A stretch of 64,000 nucleotides of DNA from IMG/VR virus record IMGVR_UViG_3300006153_000005; one strand, written 5' to 3'. Position 1 is the first letter of the stretch. The number at the start of each line of letters is the position of its first letter. The stretch is from a virus. Taxonomy: Duplodnaviria > Heunggongvirae > Uroviricota > Caudoviricetes. Positions 28,295-38,981 of the stretch are shown piece by piece. The notes under the pieces are model-generated. The model ran no database searches. It saw nothing but the letters and a program-made list of their open reading frames with translations, and was not told where the DNA came from. The position numbers and the translations under genes were made by a program.

Positions 28295-28866
28295 AGCCGC
28301 TGACGATTTTATTCGATGCCGATGATGTGGCTGAGAACCTGTTGAATTGCTGGATAAAGTTTATCAATGAGCGTTACGGTACAACAGTTGCATTTGAGGA
28401 TATCAAAGACTGGGATATGACTTTGGCATTTCCAACATTGACAAAGCAACAGATTTTTGGGGTTCTCCACGATGATGAGTTGTGGAAAAGCCTTGAACCA
28501 ATGCCAGGGAGTCAGCGAGTGCTCCAGAAATGGTTTGACCAAGGCCACCAGCTGTATATGGTCACAGCTTCGGACTACCGCACTTGCAAGGTAAAGGTTG
28601 AGCGGATTCTGGAAATGTTTCCTTTCCTTGACTGGGAGCACATTATCTTTGCCAGCAATAAGCAAATGATTCGTGGCGATATCCTGATTGACGATGGGAT
28701 TCACAATCTTCTCAATGGCGAATACTTCAAGATTTTGTTTAACCGCCCCCACAATAGAGGTTTAGATGTTGAGAAGTATGGGGTTCAACGCGCCGATACT
28801 TGGGACGATGTTGATTCCATGGTTCAAGAGTTTGCAGAAAGAGAGGATCTGAATGGTTGTAATTAA
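28291..28866 (+). CDS. 5'(3')-deoxyribonucleotidase (HAD superfamily)
   Basis: 'ILFDADDV' DxDxV motif. Confidence 0.5.
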   Translation: MKPLTILFDADDVAENLLNCWIKFINERYGTTVAFEDIKDWDMTLAFPTLTKQQIFGVLHDDELWKSLEPMPGSQRVLQKWFDQGHQLYMVTASDYRTCKVKVERILEMFPFLDWEHIIFASNKQMIRGDILIDDGIHNLLNGEYFKILFNRPHNRGLDVEKYGVQRADTWDDVDSMVQEFAEREDLNGCN

Positions 28867-31165
28867 GCGAAACGGTACAGAGGTCAGCTTTGACAAGAGT
28901 AAGATTACAAACGCCATCGTTAAAGCGTTTACAGAAGTTGAAAAGCTCAGTTCCGTAGGTGATAAAAACGAGATTTCCAAGAGAATTTCTAATCGTTTGT
29001 ATAGCCGTTATCAGCGGCGCAATCGTGCAATTTCGGTTGAGGAAATCCAAGACGATGTTGAAATTGAACTGATGAAAGAGCACGAGTACATCGTCGCGGT
29101 AGCGTATATCAAGTATCGGTATGAACATGAACTTTTGCGCAATGCCACCTCTCTTTACAACAAAATTCTCTCTATTGCGGACGGCACAAATGAAACAGTT
29201 ATTCAGGAAAACTCAAATAAAAATCCCATGATTCTTTCGACACAACGGGATTATATTGCTGGTGAGGTAAGCCGTGATGTAACAGATTGTTTGCTTCTGC
29301 CAGAGAAAATTACTAAAGCGCACGAAGAGGGCATTCTGCATTTCCATGACAGTGATTATTTTGTGCAGCATATGCACAACTGCTGTCTTGTCAATCTCGA
29401 AGATATGCTCCAAAACAACACCGTAATTAGTGGAACGCTTATTGAAAAGCCCCATTCTTTTAGCACGGCTTGCACTATTGCTACCCAGATTATTGCACAA
29501 GTTGCCTCTAACCAATATGGAGGGCAGTCCATCTCTTTAGCACACCTTGCTCCGTTTGTCGAAGTGAGCCGTCAAGCAATCCGAGAAGAGGTCATACAAG
29601 AACTCAACGATGGTATCAAAGCTGGTGAAATTTCTTTGACGGTTGGTTCAAGTAGTTATAACCAATATGTTGAACGTACTACTGAACGGCGAGTTCGTAA
29701 AGATATTGAAAAGGGCGTACAAACAATTCAATATCAAGTGATTACACTAATGACCACGAACGGTCAGGCCCCATTCATTACTGTGTTCATGTATTTGGGA
29801 GAAACAAACGATCCGCAGACAAAGAAAGATCTTGCTTTGGTTATTGAAGAGACTGTGCGGCAGCGTTACCAGGGAGTAAAAAACGAAAAAGGTGTATGGG
29901 TCACACCAGCGTTCCCAAAACTTATCTATGTGCTGGAGGAAGACAATATTACCGAAGATTCTCCATACTGGTATCTGACGGAATTGTGCGCTGAGTGCTC
30001 TGCAAAACGGCTTGTCCCTGACTATATTTCTGAGAAAAAGATGCGTGAATACAAACTGTCTAAGGGCGAAGTTGATGGTAGCGGTGACTGTTATACCTGC
30101 ATGGGATGTCGTAGTTTCTTGACCCCTGACCGTTCTGGTAATGGCTGGGATAACATTGCAAACGCAAAAAACTATCAGTCAGACAGACCCAAATATTATG
30201 GGCGATTTAACCAGGGCGTTGTGACTATCAATTTACCTGACGTTGCGTTGAGTGCGCTTCATACCTGGCAGGTCTGCGAGGATCACGACGATATCCAAGC
30301 ACTGTTTGATACTTTCTGGGAAATTTTTGAGGAACGCTTGGAGTTGTGCCACGAGGCATTGCAAATTCGGCATGAGCGACTTTCAGGCACAGTTTCTGAC
30401 GCTTCCCCTATTCACTGGCAGTACGGTGCTTTGGCCCGTTTGCAGAAAGGTGAAACAATCGACAAGCTACTACACGGTGGATACTCCACAATTTCGCTTG
30501 GGTATGCTGGTCTTTATGAATGCGTAAAGGCAATGACTGGCAAGAGCCATACTGATCCTGATGGTGAGCCGTTTGCACTCAAAGTCATGCAGTATATGAA
30601 CGATAAGTGCGCACAGTGGAAAGCAGCTGAGGACATTGACTACTCTCTTTACGGAACGCCCATCGAGTCCACTACGTACAAATTTGCCAAGTGTTTGCAA
30701 AAGCGTTTCGGCGTGATTGAGGGGATCACAGATAAGGGATATATCACAAACTCCTATCATGTCCATGTTACAGAGCATATCAACGCTTTTGATAAGTTGA
30801 AATTTGAGTCTCAGTTTCAGAGACTGTCCCCTGGCGGTGCAATCAGCTATATCGAAGTTGCGAATCTCTCCGACAATATCCCTGCCGTGCTGTCAGTGCT
30901 GAAGTACATCTACAACAACATTATGTATGCTGAAATCAACACAAAGTCCGATTACTGCCAGGTGTGCGGCTGGGATAAGGAAATCGAAGTTGTTGATGAC
31001 GGACGTGGAAAGTTGATCTGGAAATGTCCAAATTGCGGAAACACTGACAAGAACAAGATGAACATTGCTCGCCGCACTTGTGGTTACATCGGTCTGAATG
31101 ACTGGAACCAAGGCCGGACACAGGAAATTGTGGAGCGGTTTGTCCATCTTGGTGGAGACGAATGA
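28853..31165 (+). CDS. nrdD: anaerobic ribonucleoside-triphosphate reductase (class III)
   Basis: ATP-cone N-terminus, zinc ribbon 'CQVCGW...CPNCG', glycyl-radical 'RRTCGYIG'. Confidence 0.85.
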   Translation: MVVIKRNGTEVSFDKSKITNAIVKAFTEVEKLSSVGDKNEISKRISNRLYSRYQRRNRAISVEEIQDDVEIELMKEHEYIVAVAYIKYRYEHELLRNATSLYNKILSIADGTNETVIQENSNKNPMILSTQRDYIAGEVSRDVTDCLLLPEKITKAHEEGILHFHDSDYFVQHMHNCCLVNLEDMLQNNTVISGTLIEKPHSFSTACTIATQIIAQVASNQYGGQSISLAHLAPFVEVSRQAIREEVIQELNDGIKAGEISLTVGSSSYNQYVERTTERRVRKDIEKGVQTIQYQVITLMTTNGQAPFITVFMYLGETNDPQTKKDLALVIEETVRQRYQGVKNEKGVWVTPAFPKLIYVLEEDNITEDSPYWYLTELCAECSAKRLVPDYISEKKMREYKLSKGEVDGSGDCYTCMGCRSFLTPDRSGNGWDNIANAKNYQSDRPKYYGRFNQGVVTINLPDVALSALHTWQVCEDHDDIQALFDTFWEIFEERLELCHEALQIRHERLSGTVSDASPIHWQYGALARLQKGETIDKLLHGGYSTISLGYAGLYECVKAMTGKSHTDPDGEPFALKVMQYMNDKCAQWKAAEDIDYSLYGTPIESTTYKFAKCLQKRFGVIEGITDKGYITNSYHVHVTEHINAFDKLKFESQFQRLSPGGAISYIEVANLSDNIPAVLSVLKYIYNNIMYAEINTKSDYCQVCGWDKEIEVVDDGRGKLIWKCPNCGNTDKNKMNIARRTCGYIGLNDWNQGRTQEIVERFVHLGGDE

Positions 31166-31686
31166 ACTACGCCGCTATCCGCAACTATGACATCGCAAAC
31201 GGAGAGGGAGTCCGCACCTCCCTCTTCGTGAGTGGGTGTAATTTACACTGTCCTGGGTGTTTTAATCCAGAAGCTCAAGACTTTGAATATGGAGAACATT
31301 TTACTGACGAAACGGTTGAGAAAATCATTGCCATGGTGTCAGAGCCTACCATATCTGGTCTGTCGATACTCGGCGGAGATCCACTGTGCCAGAATGCTGA
31401 CGGTATGATGGCGTTGGCGTCACTCTGCCGCCGCATACGAGACAGAGGGAAGACCACATGGTTGTGGACGGGATTTCTATGGGAAGACGTATTTGCTTTG
31501 CCGTGTAGAGATATACAGCACCAGAACCAAAAGTTCCTATTGGCTGACTGCGATGTGGTCGTGGACGGCCCATTCAAACAAGAACTTGCAGACCGCAAAT
31601 TGGTTTGGCGAGGCTCGGCCAATCAACGCATCATTGATGTTCAAAAGACTATCTTTAACAATCAAATTACACTGTATAAGGAGTGA
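31162..31686 (+). CDS. nrdG: anaerobic RNR activating protein (radical SAM)
   Basis: 'CNLHCPGCFN'. Confidence 0.8.
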   Translation: MNYAAIRNYDIANGEGVRTSLFVSGCNLHCPGCFNPEAQDFEYGEHFTDETVEKIIAMVSEPTISGLSILGGDPLCQNADGMMALASLCRRIRDRGKTTWLWTGFLWEDVFALPCRDIQHQNQKFLLADCDVVVDGPFKQELADRKLVWRGSANQRIIDVQKTIFNNQITLYKE

Positions 31687-31692
31687 GAGAAT

Positions 31693-32016
31693 ATGGACGG
31701 AACCTGGCAAAACATTTGCCCTAAATGTGGGAAAGTTCTTGATGGCACCACATTTGACTATGGGACTAAGTGGGTATGCAGCGAGTGTGCAGAGGATCAG
31801 ACCGATGTGCTGCACTGTGAGCGTGGGTCTAAGGTTAGAGTGGTGGATTTGGATGCTGGTATGAAAAGTGATTCTGAACAGGCAAAGAGGCTTTTAACAA
31901 CGGGTCAGATTTATGAGGTCGAAGCGCTTAGTGTTGGTAGCTGGTACTCCAGCATCTGGCTTAAAGAGTTCCCAGGTCAGAAATTCAATACTGTGCATTT
32001 TGTACGGTGTGAATAG
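31693..32016 (+). CDS. zinc-ribbon hypothetical protein
   Basis: CPKCG...CSEC. Confidence 0.35.
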   Translation: MDGTWQNICPKCGKVLDGTTFDYGTKWVCSECAEDQTDVLHCERGSKVRVVDLDAGMKSDSEQAKRLLTTGQIYEVEALSVGSWYSSIWLKEFPGQKFNTVHFVRCE

Positions 32017-32030
32017 GAGAAAAAATAGAA

Positions 32031-32558
32031 ATGGTTGAAATTTTAGCTGGCGATAAATTTGCAAACGCCGTGTATAGTCTTAAATTAGCATCTGCAAAAT
32101 GCGTTTATTACTACCAGCCCCCAAAAGATAGTCAACGTGAAAATTACCAAGTCTGGTTGTTGTCTGAGGATGATTTTGACAAAATATGCTCCGTAAAAGA
32201 CGATTATTGGAAAGAAGATTGGGGTTGGTGGAGATATGCCAAAGGATCGAATCTTGGTTATGCGGATCAAGAGTATGTTGTCAATAATGAAAAACTGATT
32301 GCTTGGGATGGTAGCAATCGTTCATCGTGGCTTGAGGAGTGTAAAGAAAACTGTTCTGACCACAAGCGTGGATTATGCGATGGAGCAGAAAAAGATTTTG
32401 AACAATGTTTTGGTAGCCGGGTATATCCAGACATTATTTCTTATCTTCTCAGCGAGATTGGAGCATCTACAGAGAAAAATGTATGCGCTTGCACAGTTGA
32501 TCTTGCTCGTCAAAACAATCTAACATTAGCGGAGTTTTTCAAAAAATACCTGGGCTGA
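32031..32558 (+). CDS. hypothetical protein
   Basis: ORF. Confidence 0.4.
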   Translation: MVEILAGDKFANAVYSLKLASAKCVYYYQPPKDSQRENYQVWLLSEDDFDKICSVKDDYWKEDWGWWRYAKGSNLGYADQEYVVNNEKLIAWDGSNRSSWLEECKENCSDHKRGLCDGAEKDFEQCFGSRVYPDIISYLLSEIGASTEKNVCACTVDLARQNNLTLAEFFKKYLG

Positions 32559-32566
32559 GGTGAAAA

Positions 32567-33336
32567 ATGGCAAAGTATAAAATCGGGATTACCGAAGCGG
32601 GCGACGCCGGCTTGGATTTGTCTTGGAAAGAAAGACTTGAATCTGTTGATGGTGCTATTTTGATTACAAAGTGCGTCTCTCCATCGTTTCTAAAAGCGGT
32701 TCTGGAACACAAAGAAAAAATCATTGTTCATGCTACATTTACAGGTTATGGACGTTCTGTGGTAGAGCCGTGTGTGCCACCTCCATATGAAGAGTTCGAT
32801 GCGATTTTGCAGTTGGTCAAGAATGGATTTCCAAGAGAACGCATTGTTATTCGGATTGATCCAATTATTCCAACTGTAAAAGGCACACGTACTGCTCTTG
32901 GGGTAATCGAAACATTTATGGATCAAGGGTTTCCCGTTACCGTATCAGCGTAATTGATATGTACCCACACGTCAGAGAGCGATTCAAGCAGGCTGGCCTA
33001 CCACTGCCGTATGGTGACAATTTCTCTGCCAGTAAAGAGCAAATGGCAAGAGTTGATGAGATGGTGCGGATTGCAAAAGCATATTGGGAAGACCAATACA
33101 GAAATATCCCGCTCCGCATTGAGGCGTGCGCAGAGCCAGGTTTGACAGAGCCAATTAAATGCGGGTGTGTCTCAGAGTATGATTTAATACTCCTTGGCAT
33201 GGAGGACGATCATCCAGACAGTCCAGGATATCAGCGAAAAGGCTGTATGTGTTACTCTGGTAAGATAGAGCTTTTACAACATCGGCAACAGTGTCCACAT
33301 GGATGCCTATATTGCTATTGGAAGTCAAAATTTTAG
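32567..33336 (+). CDS. hypothetical protein apparently split into two frames (32567-32953 and 32959-33336); second part Cys-rich
   Basis: second ORF frame is open upstream into first ORF with no intervening start. Confidence 0.3.
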
Positions 33337-33542
33337 AAAGAAGGTGCCATATGATTCAGGTAGAGGGGTATAAAGCATTTCGTGGCACAATGCGGATCAC
33401 GCCCAAGAATCGGCAATTTCCTCAGCAGGAGATTTACGGAGATTGGTTATACAAGCCAGAACACAACTGTTGGTACGGGCATGGGCAGAGCTTTATGGCT
33501 GAGATTTGTGAAATCATCTCTGATGAAACGTGAGGTGCTGAT

Positions 33543-33911
33543 ATGCGAACTGGTCTAAATGCTGGCGGTTGTGAGAACTGCCCAGTTAATAAGTCTGGCT
33601 GTGATGCAATGTATCGTGGATCACGCTGTTTCGCATACAGAGAACGTGCTGGCGTTGACTTCGATCCAAAAACCAATATAGAGGCACTACGAAATGCAGA
33701 AGAAGACGAAGTGCGTTCTATACTGATGGACTACTTTTGTCAGTGGGCAAGCTGCGGTGACAGCTATATCTATGATTTGACACGGGTGAAAGAAGCATTC
33801 GCAATCGGGACAATGAGCTTTGATGACTTTGTGGAGTGGGATGAATCAAGAATAGCAGAGCTTGTTGATGAATTTATCGCATGGCTGAAAGAACCAGCAG
33901 AATCTAAATAA
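33543..33911 (+). CDS. hypothetical protein
   Basis: ORF. Confidence 0.35.
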   Translation: MRTGLNAGGCENCPVNKSGCDAMYRGSRCFAYRERAGVDFDPKTNIEALRNAEEDEVRSILMDYFCQWASCGDSYIYDLTRVKEAFAIGTMSFDDFVEWDESRIAELVDEFIAWLKEPAESK

Positions 33912-33927
33912 GCGAGGTAATACCAAA

Positions 33928-34413
33928 ATGCAAGACAAATTTATTGAAATTGAGCGTAAGTTTTTGCTTAACTCATTTCCAACCAATCTTCCTCTAAAAG
34001 AGGAGTTCCAGGTTTATCAAGCCTATCTGTCCATTGATCCAGAGGTCAGAATCCGGCGCAACGCAGTGAACGGTCAGGACGTGGCGTACTTCCTCGCTAT
34101 TAAGTCCAACGGAGAGTTGGTTCGTCAAGAGGTTGAGTTCCATATTACTAAGGAGCATTTCTACGCTATGGCAGAGATGATTACACAGCCATTCATTACA
34201 AAGGATTTTCGCATCTATCAGCTTCCAGGCGGGCTGGAATTGGAATGTTCCCATGTCGATAAGGGGCGTGACACCGAGTTCATGTATGCGGAGGTCGAGT
34301 TTCCGAGCGTACAGGCCGCTGAGGATTTTGAATTGCTCCCGTGTTTCACGGCAGATGTCACTAAGGACTTTTCATATAAGATGAAAAATTTCTGGAAGAG
34401 AACAAGAATTTAA
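33928..34413 (+). CDS. CYTH-domain (triphosphate tunnel metalloenzyme) protein
   Basis: N-terminal 'EIERKFLL' ExExK signature. Confidence 0.6.
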   Translation: MQDKFIEIERKFLLNSFPTNLPLKEEFQVYQAYLSIDPEVRIRRNAVNGQDVAYFLAIKSNGELVRQEVEFHITKEHFYAMAEMITQPFITKDFRIYQLPGGLELECSHVDKGRDTEFMYAEVEFPSVQAAEDFELLPCFTADVTKDFSYKMKNFWKRTRI

Positions 34414-34417
34414 GGAG

Positions 34418-34864
34418 GTGCTTGATATGACTGAGACAATCAAGATTCGTTATTTGAGCGACAAAATTAAGCCTCTTCAGTATATTGGTGGCAAATCCGA
34501 CTGGATTGACCTTCGGGCTGCTGAGGAAGTGGATATGAAGAAGGGCGACTTCAAGATGATTCCTTTGGGCGTTGCTATGCAGCTCCCAACTGGTTATGAG
34601 GCGCATATGATTCCTCGCAGTTCCACATTCAAAAACTTTGGTATCATCCAGGCCAACCATATGGGCATGATCGACGAGAGTTACTGCGGTGATAATGACC
34701 AATGGCACTTCCCCGCCATTGCTATGCGTGACACTGTGATTCATGTTGGCGACCGCATCTGCCAGTTCCGCATTGATAAGCACCAACCTCAGCTGTCTTT
34801 TGAGGCTGTTGAAACACTGGGAAATGCTGATCGTGGTGGTTTCGGCACCACTGGAAAGAGGTAA
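34418..34864 (+). CDS. dut: dUTP diphosphatase
   Basis: motifs 'IPRSSTF', '[10 protein letters not shown]', 'GGFGTTG'. Confidence 0.8.
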   Translation: MLDMTETIKIRYLSDKIKPLQYIGGKSDWIDLRAAEEVDMKKGDFKMIPLGVAMQLPTGYEAHMIPRSSTFKNFGIIQANHMGMIDESYCGDNDQWHFPAIAMRDTVIHVGDRICQFRIDKHQPQLSFEAVETLGNADRGGFGTTGKR

Positions 34865-34867
34865 GAA

Positions 34868-35501
34868 TATGAAGATTGGTGTCTGGACTTCTGATTACGT
34901 ACTTGCAAGAGAAACCATAGAACGGTTGGAAAAAACAGAACTTGGTGAAATCTACTATCGTTGCCTTGGGAGAGCCAATATGAAAGTTCAAGACAGACAT
35001 GGCAATGTCATTCAATGGCTTAGACCATCTGATAACTCCAGGGGGTACAAACTCGACAAGGCGTATGTTGATGTCAAAGTCAACACTGATATCTTGTTTA
35101 ACATTATCTTGCCTTGTTTATGGCAGGGAGAATTTGAAGATGTCATATGGATCGCCGGCGATAGAACAACAGTATATGAATACCTCCATGCCCTTCCACA
35201 ACCTCTCTTTGAGGCAACACTTCTTGGCCTTATGGGGCTTCCACTCGATACAGAAAAAGAAGAGTGGTTCCATAAATGGATGGAGCGTCCCTATAACGAG
35301 GTATTTCCGACTTATAATTTGTCTGCTCTCAAAAGTAGTATTACTACACCGCTTAACCATATGACGATGTTGCTTGGAAAAACTGCCGAGACACTTCCGA
35401 AAGAAAAGCAAGAGCAGCTTGCACACGCTATGCGGGAATACTGCGAGGTCTGTGATTATATCAATCAAGGTCTTGCAAATCAACAAAAAAAGAGTGAATG
35501 A
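34868..35501 (+). CDS. hypothetical protein
   Basis: ORF with GGAAAGAGG SD. Confidence 0.45.
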
Positions 35502-35547
35502 AACTCGTGTTTCATAAAGCGGCGAATTAAATCAAAGAAAAGAGGAT

Positions 35548-36253
35548 ATGCGAATGATGACGAAGCGACGAGCCGGCCTATGGCCGGCAAATGTAACAGA
35601 AATAATCACACTAACATTATGCGTGATAGTATCCATTTTTGTTGTTACGATTTTGAGTATCCAGAAACCAGCGCCGCAGTCTACCATGTGTCAGGCAGAG
35701 CCGACATTGTATAGAGTCGATGCAAGTACATTTGAAGAATTGTATGAGACGACTTCCTACGATAAAGCCTGTCAAGTTCCCAAGATTGCGGTTGCCAGCG
35801 AACAGATTACACCCCCCCCCTAAATTTGAACAGTTGAAATCTGAGTACGCCGTTGCTGGCACAGTATATGAATACTTGAATGAGCATGGGCTTTCAGATC
35901 CTGTTATCGCTGGCATCCTTGGCAATATGATGACCGAGTGCGGTGGGCAGACGCTCGATCTACAATGGGACATTTACTCACTGGACGGTAGTGACTATTA
36001 CGGCCTATGTCAGTGGAGTCTATATTACAACCCATCTGTTGAAGGAATGGATGTTACAGGCCAGCTTGATTACTTAATGAGCAACATCCAAACTAACATG
36101 GAATACTTTGGCGGCAGTTTTGACGCCTTTTGCGAAATCACAGATGCCGAAAGTGCTGCCAGATATTTTTGCAACTATTATGAGCGTGGGACTGGTGAAT
36201 CCTTGAGGGCGACAAATGCCAGCACCGCCTTTGAATGGATAAAAGGAGAATGA
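35548..36253 (+). CDS. membrane-anchored lysozyme-like protein (phage tail-lysozyme family), frameshifted at C9 tract 35812-35820
   Basis: N-terminal TM helix; 'AGILGNMMTECGG' motif in +1 frame after the C9 run. Confidence 0.5.
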
Positions 36254-36254
36254 T

Positions 36255-37058
36255 ATGAGCATCACCACAAACACTGTCATCAATGGTAATTGCCTTGAAG
36301 TGATGAGAGAGATTGATACCGAGAGCATTGATCTTATCCTCTGCGACCTCCCATATGGGGCGACTCAGAACAAGTGGGATGTGGTAATCCCTCCAGCTCT
36401 TTTATGGGAGCAGTACGAACGGATCATAAAACCAAACGGCGCAATTCTTCTCTTCGGACAAGACAAATTTACCGCAACGATGATGCTTTCTAATCCAAAG
36501 TTACACCGCTACAATATTATTTGGGACAAGGTACTTAAAAGCGGTTTTCTTAACGCTAAGAAAATGCCACTTCGAGAGCATGAGGATATTATGGTGTTTT
36601 ACAAATCGCCGCCTCCATATCATCCTCAAATGACTAAGGGTGAAAAGAATCACAGCAAAGGTCAGGCGGTTGGTAAACAGGCCATAGATATTCATTCCAA
36701 CCGCAGCTATGGCAATTATACACTCGTGCAATCAGAAGACACGGATTTGAAGTATCCAGCGTCAATTTGGAGGTTTCCTAAGCCACATCCATCCGTTGCT
36801 TTGCACGCAACAGAAAAGCCTATCGAGTTGTTACGGTATGTAATTCGCACTTACACCAATGTGGGTGGGGTAGTTCTCGACAACTGCTGTGGAACGGGAT
36901 CAACTTTGATTGCTGCAAAGCTGGAGGGTAGGCAGTACATCGGGATCGACAACGGTGTTTGCGACAAGAAGAAAAGCAAATATTACGGGCTACCATGGGC
37001 GGAGGTTGCCCAACGAAGATTGGAGGAAGTCGATGAACCTGGTTATGAATCTGCGTGA
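36255..37058 (+). CDS. DNA N6-adenine/N4-cytosine methyltransferase (beta class)
   Basis: 'CDLPYG' (DPPY) then C-terminal 'VLDNCCGTGST'. Confidence 0.7.
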   Translation: MSITTNTVINGNCLEVMREIDTESIDLILCDLPYGATQNKWDVVIPPALLWEQYERIIKPNGAILLFGQDKFTATMMLSNPKLHRYNIIWDKVLKSGFLNAKKMPLREHEDIMVFYKSPPPYHPQMTKGEKNHSKGQAVGKQAIDIHSNRSYGNYTLVQSEDTDLKYPASIWRFPKPHPSVALHATEKPIELLRYVIRTYTNVGGVVLDNCCGTGSTLIAAKLEGRQYIGIDNGVCDKKKSKYYGLPWAEVAQRRLEEVDEPGYESA

Positions 37059-37590
37059 CCTTGAATTGTTGGAGCAAGGAACGCTAAAAGCCTTTGCTGT
37101 TCCGCAATCATGGATAGACGATGCTGATTTGTCTCAGCCGATTGGCATTAGAGAACCGTTCAAAAGACTGACCATAATGGAAACGGTTGAGAATAACGGC
37201 GAAACTCAAGAAAAGAAAACTCTTGTTGGTGTAAAATATCGCACCGATGGGGCTATTTTCATAACAAGATCTGACTTAGACACAAGCCAGATTGAAGAGG
37301 CTATGAGATGGAGTCCAGCAGCCCAACTCCCAGACTTTGCTATACGCCGTTTTGTTAATGTCGATACTGTGAGTAACGAAAAGCCCATTCGCTCTTTTAC
37401 TGAGGCGGAGCTGAGACTTATGCACTTGGATTACGCCTCACAAAACGATCCACAAATACTTCTTGAGGAGTATTTGCCAATTAAAAATTTCGAGCTTCTA
37501 TACGGTTGGTGGAAAGCACACTATAAGGCCACATTGAAAAATTGCGACAACCCATTAGCGGTACTCTTCCATCTCCAGTCAAGCCTCTAA
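37042..37590 (+). CDS. hypothetical protein
   Basis: ORF overlapping MTase end. Confidence 0.4.
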   Translation, partial: VMNLRDLELLEQGTLKAFAVPQSWIDDADLSQPIGIREPFKRLTIMETVENNGETQEKKTLVGVKYRTDGAIFITRSDLDTSQIEEAMRWSPAAQLPDFAIRRFVNVDTVSNEKPIRSFTEAELRLMHLDYASQNDPQILLEEYLPIKNFELLYGWWKAHYKATLKNCDNPLAVLFHLQSSL

Positions 37591-37605
37591 AAAATAACGA
37601 ACAAA

Positions 37606-37649
37606 ATCACGGATTTCCTCTTGACAAACAGGGAATCCGTGATATACTA
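37606..37649 (+). promoter_or_regulatory. promoter TTGACA-17-TATACT embedded in 13-bp inverted repeat ATCACGGATTTCC/GGGAATCCGTGAT
   Basis: inverted repeat centred on -35. Confidence 0.4.
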
Positions 37650-37695
37650 TATTTAGCGACGAACAAAATCAACGAATAACATGGAGGTGCCCAAT

Positions 37696-38175
37696 ATGAA
37701 AGTCGCAATGGTCAAGCACAGCCCCAACAGCAAGACATACTGGTTCGAGGTGCCGGAGTACCTTGCAGACAAAATCACACCCAACACCCGTGTTGCCTGC
37801 GATACGGTGCGTGGTCTGGAAATCGGCGTTGCAGTTGGATCTGTCCTCAACATGGACGAAGTGCGAGATGTCATGCTCGCATCTGGTGCAAAGCTACCGC
37901 TGAAGAAGATTGTCGCTATTCCACAGGAGATCCCGCTTGATGAAATCAAAATCCCTAAGTATATGTCCCGCACCACACCCAGAGATGAGAAAATCGCAAA
38001 ACGGTTCCTGGAATACTACCACACTGGCAAGTTCAACACCCATGTTGCGCTGAACAGCGACGGGATGCTTCGTGACGGTTATTCCGCATACTTGGTAGCA
38101 AAGAAAATCGGCCTGCCGTCCATTACTGCGTTTGGAGGCAAGATGCGTGAGTTGGCAGATGACTTCCCGTTTTGA
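37696..38175 (+). CDS. ParB/Srx-like nuclease-domain protein
   Basis: 'LRDGYSAYLVAKKIG' ParB N-domain-like. Confidence 0.5.
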   Translation: MKVAMVKHSPNSKTYWFEVPEYLADKITPNTRVACDTVRGLEIGVAVGSVLNMDEVRDVMLASGAKLPLKKIVAIPQEIPLDEIKIPKYMSRTTPRDEKIAKRFLEYYHTGKFNTHVALNSDGMLRDGYSAYLVAKKIGLPSITAFGGKMRELADDFPF

Positions 38176-38187
38176 GGAGGTGCAGCA

Positions 38188-38958
38188 ATGTTAGAATTTG
38201 TGAAGCCTATGCGTAAGAGCATCAAAGTAAGCGAGGGCTTTGCCGAACTACTTGGAAAAGAGTTGTTCAAAGACCTCGCAGAACACGAGGGGATTTGTCC
38301 GCAGTGTCATGGAACCGGCATGGTTGTTCGTAATCATCCATATGGCTTAGAGGGAGATCCAGATAAAAAGGTTGGTGTCTTCCCTTATAATCACCAGTCC
38401 ATCATTCCATGTCCAAACTGTTATAACGGCGTGGTTAGATATTGTCCAGACTGTGGGAAGCAGCTCAAGAGAAGCTATTTGAAATGTGACTGCGAAGCAG
38501 AGCAGCAGCGTGAACGGGACGAAAAGAAGCGGAAATACCAAGATGCGATTGAAAAGGCAGAGAAGCATGAACCCAATGAACTTTGCAAATTTAAGTGTGG
38601 ATATAGTGATTGGATTAACCACAACGATGGGTACTTCTTTGACTGGCAAGAATTTTTCGGCGCTTGGCACGATTTTGTGTGTGAGTGTGAAGCTGATGGA
38701 ATTACGGTTCCTGAACGCCCTGTATATGTTTGGGGTACTGAAGAAATCGAAATGAATTTGGATGCTGGTAGCATTATAGAAAGTGCTTGTGAAGAACTAT
38801 ACGACGATGCCATGTCAAATATCGACAGTTCTGCAATAAAAGAAATGCAGGATTATCTCAACCTTTGGAAATATCGGTATGGTTTAACTGCTTATGGAGA
38901 AGACCACAGACACGCTATTAGAATCCCTTGGGAGGAGGATAAAGAATATGGCGAATAA
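38188..38958 (+). CDS. Cys-rich zinc-finger protein
   Basis: several CxxC pairs. Confidence 0.4.
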   Translation: MLEFVKPMRKSIKVSEGFAELLGKELFKDLAEHEGICPQCHGTGMVVRNHPYGLEGDPDKKVGVFPYNHQSIIPCPNCYNGVVRYCPDCGKQLKRSYLKCDCEAEQQRERDEKKRKYQDAIEKAEKHEPNELCKFKCGYSDWINHNDGYFFDWQEFFGAWHDFVCECEADGITVPERPVYVWGTEEIEMNLDAGSIIESACEELYDDAMSNIDSSAIKEMQDYLNLWKYRYGLTAYGEDHRHAIRIPWEEDKEYGE

Positions 38959-38981
38959 AAAAAGATAGCCTTGGCGACCGT

